Program-made: the position numbers and the translations under genes
Notes under the pieces: generated by a model
The model's database searches: none
Seen by the model: only the letters and a program-made list of their open reading frames with translations
Told to the model about the DNA's origin: nothing
In this document: positions 11,936 through 21,955 of the stretch, one piece after another
How positions within the stretch are numbered: position 1 is the stretch's first letter
How the letters are laid out: every line of letters begins with the position of its first letter
NCBI GenBank assembly: GCA_910592345.1
Contig: CAJVPI010000316.1
Location: forward strand, 1 to 35,674
Reading direction: 5' to 3'
Source of the DNA: Paraglomus brasilianum
Lineage: Eukaryota
Length of the DNA: 35,674 nt

Positions 11936-12015
11936 CATAAGTAATAAGCTATAAGCTATAAGTAATAAGTAATAAGTAATAAGTAATAAATAATAAATAA
12001 TAAATAATAAGTATA
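11936..12015. repeat. Degenerate 7-bp microsatellite (taagtaa/taagcta/taaataa)n inside the Helitron 5' region
   Basis: About 11 consecutive 7-mer variants are directly visible. Confidence 0.85.
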
Positions 12016-12351
12016 ATACTATTAAAAATTCAAAGGCCGTTTTTATGGCGATCTTTTCTAAAAGCAAACCAAATTTAAATAAAAGGCAAGATATACATCG
12101 CACAACTGATACCATTGGTGGACGCTGAAGCACGAGACAAATAATAAGGGGTTGGATCTTTAAAGTATGCTAATATTGGCATACCAAACTTTTTTATGTA
12201 CCACCATTTTGGTATTCAATTCGCACAACCGAATTTTTTAGATTCATACGCAGTATAACCCGTTACGTTTCTTTACCAGAATTTGTTCGTTGAATAAAGA
12301 TTTTTCAATAATGAAGTCACAAACTAAATATTGTTATTTTCTAAAGCACAT

Positions 12352-12495
12352 AGGTAAACTCGATAAGTCGGACAAAATCTTTCTGCATTTTTCTTTTCTT
12401 TTCTTTTCTTTTCTTTTTTCTTTTTTCAATATTTAGAATCTTCCAGACAAGTCAGATTCCTTAATAAGTCGGACGCCAGCTTATCGAGTTTACCT
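12352..12495. mobile_element. 144-bp MITE with perfect 16-bp TIRs, pogo/Tigger-like
   Basis: aggtaaactcgataag (12352-12367) / cttatcgagtttacct (12480-12495), with internal aagtcggac repeats and a (ttttc)n tract. It is absent at the paralogous unit-C site (~17355-17375, ttttctagataaagcaaac). Confidence 0.85.
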
Positions 12496-15061
12496 TATGA
12501 AAAGCAAATTTGATTATTTTGGAAAAGCAAAACATTATCAAGTAAACAAATGTTATTTTTGTTACATACTGTCGTGTAAACATAATTATAAACACGATAC
12601 TCACTTTTTCCAGGATAAATTGTCTTCATATTCACTATTGTTATATGCAGTATACAAGATGTCTATATTTAAACCAATCAGTACAATGTAACCGAAAATG
12701 CAGACGTGGTTGGTGAGGCGGTGACAAACTTGAACATTTTTGATGATAAAAGATAGGATTAAATGGTTTTGTATTTTTGAGACACATCTTGACTATATGT
12801 AGAGTATCAAAGTTTCTTCGGGCTTGTTAATCTATTATTAAATAGTCTGAAACAAATATAACCGAACAGCACACTTTTTGTTAGAAAACTTATTTACTTC
12901 CATATCCTAATTTTAACAAAGACAAACGCATTTGTTGTAATGTTAAGAAAATGTGTTGGGTTAATGGATGCCTTACTTAATTAAATAAACAAACTTTGAT
13001 GAAATAACTGTAGAATAATCACCATCAATTTCTTAGACTTAATAAAGTCAACGACTATGATTATTACAGTATATGACCATACATACGGTATCCTGTTAAA
13101 TAACATATTGAGTAACAAGTAATACTTGACAGTCTGCATCTTAAACGAACAAATGTCTTATTAGAGTGGGATACTAAATCGCCTAGTAAAAATTGCTTAA
13201 TCCATACTTCCGAAGATTAATTAACTGGGCTGTGCATTACAACAGTGCTATAAATGAATTATTAAACTTTTTTACTATGCATACTCTAAACAGAATTGCA
13301 GATTTAATGCGTGTAAAGAGCTATTTGCGAAAATGGAGAATTTACTCGCTCAGGATTTGCCAAAAAACACACCATTAATTATTTCCTTAGTAGAATGAAC
13401 AGCGGCATTAATGTTATAAACTTGCAGGTAAGGCTACTGTATTTTATATGTTAAAAGTTTCTAGCAATCTAACAGCTTAATCATAATTCAAATATGAGAT
13501 TTATCGTAAATAAGAGCCAACCCCTCATCATATGACAAAATTCTTGCGCTTTACAACAATGCTACAACTCGTCACGTAACAATTGCCCGCGTTTCTTTGT
13601 TTATTGTTATTACATAATTACCAGCTGCGACGATACTGAATGAAGAATATATGATGTTGATTGGTTGATAATCAAGTGGGTTAGTTATTTTATAAAATTA
13701 CAGGCCCTGGACCTTATTCACGAGAGTTTATGGTAAATTGACATAATAATAAATTTGAAGCAGTAATGAGCTAGAGAAGTAATAATTAGTGATTGTAATG
13801 TATTAATTGCTGCTAGTTTAATAAACATTATACAGTTTTTTGTATGCCCTTTTTCGCATAGTTACCAACTTGAACTCAGCAAATTTAATTTATTATTTTC
13901 CAGGTTTTTTACTTTTCAAAGTGCGTAACATCTGCAAAAAATTTTTAATTCATATGATAAAAACCTCTAGATAGTCCTAACGTATATTGCAAAATGCTCT
14001 GGAAAGCTATTGGATTTCATTATTTGTGAAGCGCACTAATGTCTTACCAATATATAGTATTTGATACAACACAGGGATACGATAAATTAATTGGTTCATT
14101 ATAAAACATAATCCGATAGAATTACTGTATAAATAGGTATCTAATTGGTAAAACGTCAATTTCTTATAAATAGACGCAATTTCTTTCATTTGACTTTTAT
14201 GTTCGAATGTAGATATCACGAAATTAATAAATTTAGAGTTAATAACAAAAAAAAACAAAAAACAAAAAACCGGGGAGTAATGCGGAATATAATTGATAAA
14301 GTGAAACGGGACGTACTCTATGCAGTCCATTCTATTGCTACTACTAGTTTTTTTTTAGTTTGGTATATCTTCCATATGATTGCGTACGGGAAACAGTTGG
14401 ATGTACTAATAAGCTAAGCATTAAAGGCAGGATCGACCCGTAGGAGTAATGCACGTGAGCTGATGGATTAACTTAATCTGTTTCAACCAATACGATCATG
14501 TCATGCAGTAATACAAAATAATTAATCAACACTTGGCCCCGGTTAGCGTCTAATTAAATCTTCGTTTAGCGTAATTAATTATTAATTATTAATTATTTTA
14601 TTTTGTGGTGCTTTGGGCTGAGTTTTTTGTTTTTGTTTTTGTTTTTTTTGAGTAGCAATCGATGATCGTCCGTATTAGTTGAGGAAGTTCATGTTTGCGG
14701 ACTAGACGCAAACATTTAGCTAACTCGTTCGTTATGCAGATTTACCATCTCAATAAGTTCAAAGCAAAAACTTTTTACGTTTAGTGCTAATATCAACGTT
14801 TTATTGGACACATTGTTGATTCGGTGATATTAAAATGCGGTTATAAAATAATTAAAACCAGTTACAAAATATGCACAATTGGTAGAAAATTACAAAGTTA
14901 TGATAATACAAATTGTATAAATAATAAGAGTCTAACTAAAGCCAACCATTGAGTTTTGTTCAGCTGTTAGATGATTGTATAAATATGATGTTTAAATGTC
15001 TAGAGTGTCTAACAGGCAGATAATAATTTGTTTGCCAAAATTACTTTCTCTCAGTATATGC

Positions 15062-15751
15062 TCATGCCACATTAACCATTTGAGGAGCATAGACACCGGT
15101 GTTATTAGTATACATTACCGGACTTGTAGTGGGTGCAAGATTTACACGAACAGTTTGGGCGGTAAGATCAGAGAGAGCATCATTGATTTCGATTACTAAC
15201 TCTGCATGCTCGGCGTATTTTGGTGTGGCTGTCCCTTTACCGTCCGAGTTCATATTTATGTTGTAGTGGGTGAGAACTTCAATCCATACAAGTTTCCAAT
15301 TAGCAGTTGGGTTTTCTTTTCGATTAAACTGTTCGAGCACAGGTTCCAAGTTTTGTGTAAATATTTCGGCACGATTCTTTGCCATGTTATCGACTATTTT
15401 TCGCCCAATCGGGAGGGCAAGACTAAGTAAGGCTTCGATTACGACAGTGATGGCATAAGTAGAGCCGGGATTCTTCCCAGCCGATCCGGAAAATGCAATT
15501 GCAAGTACAGCGAAGAGGATGAGTACGATTACTCCTCCGATACCATATGTGAGATATCTCTTTGACCTCTTACTCAACAATGGAAAGGCTTTAATAAAGT
15601 TATTGACTTCTCTTAGTCGAGCAGCGAATTCCTCGCGATTAAGATACCCATGCAAGTCAAGGCACCACTTTGCGTCAAACTTATGGGCAGGTTCGAAACA
15701 GTCACAACCAGAAACGTTTTGTTCAACGAGGGGAATAATGATAAGCTTCAT
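15062..15751 (-). CDS. Two-TM membrane protein, Erf4/Golgin-A7-like, paralog C (229 aa, intronless)
   Basis: Intact ORF with the same conserved blocks. It is closest to paralog D (LHGYLNREEFAARLRE, NRKENPTANWKLVW, INDALSDLTAQTV). Confidence 0.85.
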   Translation of the reverse strand: MKLIIIPLVEQNVSGCDCFEPAHKFDAKWCLDLHGYLNREEFAARLREVNNFIKAFPLLSKRSKRYLTYGIGGVIVLILFAVLAIAFSGSAGKNPGSTYAITVVIEALLSLALPIGRKIVDNMAKNRAEIFTQNLEPVLEQFNRKENPTANWKLVWIEVLTHYNINMNSDGKGTATPKYAEHAELVIEINDALSDLTAQTVRVNLAPTTSPVMYTNNTGVYAPQMVNVA

Positions 15752-17620
15752 GGTGCTTGTAATGGAAGAAGTTTTTAAGATATTGATGAGCCTTATATAT
15801 AATTCCTGAACAATTTACAGAGATCTTCATATATTTATATGCAACAGCAGGGTACAACGGTACAACCCCTCAATAATGACAATCATAGTCTCACAAGAAT
15901 ATCGGCTGATTGTCTGTGTGCAACGGAGAATTAATGAATGATTACTTGTCATTGGCAGTGATGATAAGCATTTAATGCAAGTTTCTTTCTATGGCAAAAA
16001 AGTCATTCAGGACAATTTTATTTTTAAATCTGTCCATCCAAACAAAAAATCCCTTATCGAACAGGAATAGATTTGCACACTCAAATTAGAAAACCTTTTA
16101 TTGCTTGGGCTTTTTCCCTTACTCAAACTCCCCTTGATGTTCCATTTCTAGCGGAAAACATGCGATTGGATTTTCGGTAGAATTCCATGTAGAAAATTAG
16201 CGACAATATGGAAGAAAGAATTCATTCTTTTCTTCCATATTCTTATTGTTGTTAATTCAATTGTGACTTTGTTGTCTCATGCCATGAAACGTGCTTAACC
16301 GCTTGACTAGGCACTCGCAGTATACATTGTGCAAGAGAGAAAAAAAAAAAGTTCATTACACAGCAATGCCATGCCAACTGTACTCCTATAGTCCGTACAT
16401 TGTTGAACGATAATTAGTATTACGACTGCGCTCAGCATTTAATTCATATCATTGTTTCATTAAACAGTTTCAAAGTCTTTCCATTCGTTTGACTTTTCGT
16501 GTCAGTCGTAATTTTGTTGAACATGAGCTTTATAAGCAACTCTACTTAACATTGACTTACCAGGAATCTTCACTATTTCGAGCTAAAAAGTTTTTCATCC
16601 AGTGTTTTTGGGGTATAGAATAAGGTAGTATTCAACCTTATTCACCGTTTAATACACACGGTGAAATTTGGTTTAATGAGGTACAACGTTTCGCCGACTG
16701 TCTTTGTTAATACTAATGTAGACTAAACAGAATCGGACTCTGCCACTATAGCCAATTTTATTAAACCACACGCTATTAGTTCAAGTGAGCAGTCAACTTT
16801 CTAGAAAAAGTTTGGGTTTTTTTGCTGCCTTGTTATCACGTTAAATGTTATTCAAAGTTAATAATAGTCGATTGCATAACAGATCGGACGCTGTGTTAAT
16901 GTTAATGCGTTTCATTAATTAAACGAATCTTCTATGCTTCTTCCGTAAATAGTACCAGCATACCAAACTTCATGATGTACCGCCATTTCGGTATATGGCG
17001 AATTCTTTAAATACTTAACGGGTAGTTTATATACTGTCTTCCAGAAAAAAGCTTGTCATAAAGCCATTTCTCGTTAAACCAGCCTTACTGTATTTCCCCT
17101 TTTTTGTTGTCTTGTTTATGAGATTGAGCAATTGACATGCATATAGAGTAGTAACGAAGACTGGAGACAGTAATGTGAGAAATGCCAAAGACTTAAATAA
17201 TTGGATGGTTCTGTTTGGTCAAACCGTTTTCCCCTTAATCGTTGTAAGGGGTGTTTGGTTTGTGCCTTGATTTCATAAGTGTAGTACAGCCTGATGCTTT
17301 ACCAGAGTTGAACAAGGATTTTTCAGCAGCAATAATAAGATATTGTTATTTATTTTATTTTCTAGATAAAGCAAACTGGATTATTTTGGAAAGGTACGTT
17401 ATCAAGTAAATAATATTATTAAACATAATACGCACTTTTCCCAAGACAAATTGCCGTTATACGCAGCGTATATATTTAATATTAACCAAATCAGTATAAT
17501 GTAACCGAAAGCGCAGATATGATTGGTGGTCTATAACTTTTTTTCAAAAGATAGTATTTTTTTCGTGCAAATTTAACTTTAAGTGGAGCATCAAAGTTTT
17601 TTTCGGACTTGTTTGATTCT

Positions 17621-17793
17621 GTGCCTTCTCAACAGCTTGATCCCTCTGGAAGTGGCGTCGCCGAAATTGTTTAAACGACATTTCCACTATTTATCCGGCC
17701 GATGGACACATTATAACTGATAGATAACATCATGCGGTCTCGTTGCAAAAAGTATTAAATTCGATCGGGTTATCAAAGCTGTTGGGAAGGCAC
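17621..17793. mobile_element. 173-bp MITE present only in unit C
   Basis: TIRs gtgccttctcaacagcttga (17621-17640) / tcaaagctgttgggaaggcac (17773-17793). The paralogous sites in units A (~5325-5365) and B (~12820-12855) are empty. Confidence 0.8.
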
Positions 17794-19676
17794 CTTATTG
17801 TGTAAACAGTCTGAAACAAGTGTAGACAAGAGTTAGTGTATATGTAAGTTTACCGCGGCGTACTCTAGAAAAAGGCAGGCTTGTTTTAAACCAGCTTAGA
17901 ACGAGACGTATTGTTCAACCAATTTACAACACACTTTTTTGCTAGAAATCATATTAAATAATCGCGTTACGCTTATAAACGGCCTTATATCTTAAATTTT
18001 CGATAAAATGTTTCTAACAAAAAAATACATTTGTTGTAACATTAAGAAAATGCATCGAATTAATAGATTGCCCTACTTAATTAGTCGCAAGCAAATAATA
18101 AAATTTAATTGAATTGAGAAAATAACTGTAGGAATAATCACCGATGATTTTTTTAAGTCAACTGTTATAAAATTATTTGAATTGCTACAGTATTCTGTCA
18201 ATAATACCAGAGTGATGCCTGCCAGCCTGCATCTTAAAAAATTTTTCTTATTAATTTTCTAGTCAGAATACACTAAAAGTTGATCCATACTTTCAGATAT
18301 TAATTGGACAACAATGTTACAAAATAAATTTATAAACGTTTTTACCATGTATGCAAACTACTAGCCAGAACTTGCACGTCTTTAAATTTAACTGCATCGA
18401 CATTACAAATGACTTATAAGCTTGCCGGTTAAACTATCAGGCTACTGCATGTTTCAATAAAGTCTAACACCTTGGTCCAAACTCAAGTTTGAGATATATA
18501 GTCGATATAAACCAAACGCATTGTATCAAACACATCATAGAGATAAACCACTTTTTTTATTTAAGCGATAATGAGTTAACATTAACTTTACATATGTTTT
18601 ATGATGTATTAATTGACAGCTTTTTGTATGCATAAATACCAACTTTAAACAGCAAATTATTAATTTATTTTTTTTTTCAAAACAATATAGAGTTTTATCC
18701 ATGTGATAAGACAGCAACTCTACATGGTTTACAGGTTAAGCATGACCAATAAGACGTACGATCCTGTCATTCAAAATTCTGTTAGTTTATAGATTTGCGA
18801 TGTTTTGCAAAAGTTAAATAAGTACACGTAGTTGAAGTAGAACATGCATCAAGTAATTAAGAATTTGGCGATATGATTTTTATATCTCGTATATGCATAG
18901 ATTTAATTAACGCTTTAGCAAAAAGACAATATTAATTCTCTCACACTGGTAAAAAGTTATCTTTATGTGATCTATCGACTTGGATAAATCAATTCGTGCA
19001 TTCATATAGAATAATAGTTGGTAAAAACGTCTATTTATTTCTTATAACTAGACGTAATTTCTCTCATGTATTTTTTTGTTCGAACAATTACTTATTCAGG
19101 GGTCACGAGATCAATAGATTCAGCGTTAATAACCAAACACACGCAAACGAATAAAACGGGGAGTAATATTCGTTGATTACCTATTACTATTACTAATTGT
19201 TTACAGGATCGACAGTTGTCGAGGCCAGGCGTGTGTAATCAAGAAATATCGCCATTGCTCTTCTTAATACTGGTACGACACGTGATAGCAACACTTTTTT
19301 TTACAACTCGTTACTTTAATCAAGTAAATCCTGCCGTTAATAGTAATATAATTTTTAGTACATATTTGCATGTTAAATATTTAGCTAGCTCTGTGAACAA
19401 GCTTGCTATACAGATACCATCTCAATAAGTTCAAAGTGAAAATTTTTAAATGAGTTTACTTTTCTTTATAGAATACATCAAGTTAAACACTTTTATTCGG
19501 TAATAATAAAATACAATTTATAATAACAATAGACGGTTTAAAATAATAAAAAATTACAAAGTTATAATGCCAACAAAACAAATAACAAGAGTCTAGAATC
19601 TATGAATATGATTGATGATGTTTAGTGTCGATAGTGTCTAATAAGCGGATAATAATTCGTTTGTCTCCATATATGC

Positions 19677-20396
19677 TTATGGCACAGCAACCATTTGAGG
19701 AGGATAGGTAGTCTTGATATTAGACACCCTAGGAACTGTGGTGAATATCATCGGAGCTGTGGTGGACACCATAGAAACTGTAGTGGGTGCAAGATTTATA
19801 CGAACAGTTTGAGCGGTAAGATCAGAGAGAGCATCATTGATTTCGATTACTAACTCTGCATACTCGGCGTATTTTGGTGTAGCTGTCCCTTTACCGTTTG
19901 AATCTATTTTTATGCTAAAATGGGTGAAAACAACACGCCATACAAGCTTCCAATTAGCGGTTGGGTTTTCCTTTCGATTGAACTGGTCGAGCACAGGTTG
20001 CAAGGCCTGCGAAAATAATATGGCGCGATTTTTTGCCATTTGATCGATTATTTTTCGTCCAATCGGGAGGGCAAGACCAAGAAAGGAATATATTATGAGA
20101 GTAGTAGTAGGACTACTAGGTTCCTCTGTGGCAGCAAATCTGAGCAGAAGGACGATAAAAAGCACGAACAGGGCCACTCCGGCGACAGCGTACGTGAGAT
20201 ATTTTTTTTGCCTCGTGCTCAACAACGGATAATTTTTAATATAGTTATTGATTTCTCTTAATCGAGCAGCAAATTCCTCGCGATTAAGATATCCATGCAA
20301 GTCAAGACACCACTCTGCGTCAAACCTATGGGCAGATACAGTACAGTCGCAACCATGATTATCTTGTTCGACAAGGGGGATAATAATAGACTTCAT
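19677..20396 (-). CDS. Two-TM membrane protein, Erf4/Golgin-A7-like, paralog D (239 aa, intronless)
   Basis: Intact ORF with the same conserved blocks and an extended T/P-rich tail. Confidence 0.85.
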   Translation of the reverse strand: MKSIIIPLVEQDNHGCDCTVSAHRFDAEWCLDLHGYLNREEFAARLREINNYIKNYPLLSTRQKKYLTYAVAGVALFVLFIVLLLRFAATEEPSSPTTTLIIYSFLGLALPIGRKIIDQMAKNRAILFSQALQPVLDQFNRKENPTANWKLVWRVVFTHFSIKIDSNGKGTATPKYAEYAELVIEINDALSDLTAQTVRINLAPTTVSMVSTTAPMIFTTVPRVSNIKTTYPPQMVAVP

Positions 20397-21955
20397 TATG
20401 CAAGTAACGAAATTAACAAACAGGGTTTAATTTACTTTCGAAAATATGTCCACTGAACTACAAAACTTCTGGAGGTGAGAGAGAGGGACTATATATATTA
20501 ATTAGTGAACAATGCGCGGGGGTACAACAATCACGGCCATATATCCATTAATGTGCCCAGCGAAGGGAACAATGTTTCACAGTAATATTACATGGCCGAT
20601 CATCTGTGAAGCAGTACTGCCACGCGTGATTGGTATAATGTCAAGTTTTTAGAGTGTCTATAATCATAATAGTATTAATATTAAGATTAAGATTGAAGCC
20701 CGGTAACAAAACTGTCGAACCGCTCTTGGAACAGTTAAAATTTACAATGATGTTTCCTTTGGGTTGGGTGGGTCTGCTGAAATAATAACAATTCCAAAGA
20801 GTACATAATAATAACCATGCAGTTTTTTGTACAATCGCAATGATGAAACTTCATTAATGAAATGAGTTTAATTATAGCGTTTTTATATTACACAAGCTGT
20901 AAGCCGGCCAACAGCTCCAGTCGGTCTTAGTTGAATGTACCTCGATAAGCCGGTCCACGTGATTTTTTCAAATTTAACTGGTTGATCACAACTCGTACGG
21001 TAATTATCAACTGGTTGTAATTATCATTCGTAAAATCAACAAAATTAATCCAAGATACAGCGAACCCTCCATATATGCCCACCCTCCACCATGGCTTGTT
21101 CCCAAGCTCGGGAATTAGGAAATCGATGCACATCCTCCATATCCTACATCATTTCCCATTATATGATTTCGCCCGTGATGTTCATGTGATTTGCACAACA
21201 ATAGTGGTTTGAAACAGGTGTTTGAAACGGTCAAAGTTATGACGATCTGGCCATACAAAGACAGCGCACCGAAATTAACTGGCATCGTTTACCAATGGAT
21301 TTAAGTCATTTTTAATAAAGATTATCTTTGTCGTCATTAACGAAATCTTTATCGATCGAATTTATTAAACACATAAACTTCTTTGTTAAACGGATACACA
21401 CTTAATAAGTTGATGCGATACATGTTAGAACATCATCAAAGTGAACTCATCTTATTAGTCACTACTCAAGTCCCAACTACACAAATATTAAAAGCCATTT
21501 CCAATAATACACAATATTGAATATCTACACACGAACAAAATGCCGTCTTCTTATCTGGCATGAACTCTGTTTATATGCTCGTCAAAACGATAAATTAACC
21601 AGGAAAGAATATATCAATTAATATTAATGTAAAATCAGTGAGTTTAATGAAACAAACGATAATAATTTACTCTGTCGATTAAATAAATATCTGTTCAGTC
21701 AATAAATGCCCTCTATACAACTCTATACATGCAACCCACGCTCTGGCCCATTCCCAAGACCGTGCGTTCACAATATGATTCGTTATGCTCGCACTATTAC
21801 AAACGTAATTCCTTGCTATTTATAGATTGAATCATTATGTTAAAATCGCCATGTCAAAAAAGGCAATTTGTATTACATAAGTCATGTACTTGTCAACAAC
21901 GATCTCAAAACAACGTATATTCAAAACACTCTATTTGTCAAGTTCCCAATACAAC

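Larger units (their letters stand above)
8968..12156 (-). mobile_element. Non-autonomous Helitron (3,189 bp) with gene cargo
   Basis: The minus strand begins TCCAACCCC (12156) and ends ...cagtgcactgcgcagcaggtttttactactCTAG (8968), with a GC-rich palindromic stem shortly before the CTAG. It sits between A8967 and T12157 with no TSD. The flanks rejoin to match the empty site in units A (~4140-4200) and C (~16920-16995). Its length explains the excess spacing between genes B and C. Confidence 0.85.
1420..20520. repeat. Tandem segmental duplication array: four ~4.6-4.8 kb units, each with one membrane-protein paralog
   Basis: Gene spacing is 4836, 7981 (4792 without the Helitron) and 4615 bp. 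Non-coding blocks align between units: ~1420-1980 with ~6340-6820, ~3050-3270 with ~7950-8110, ~4540-5590 with ~12265-13070 and ~17290-18190, and ~14140-14285 with ~19015-19170. Confidence 0.9.

Noticed and set aside
11783..12133. 116-aa hydrophobic ORF as a membrane protein
   Set aside because: The hydrophobic run is the translation of the 7-bp AT-rich microsatellite.
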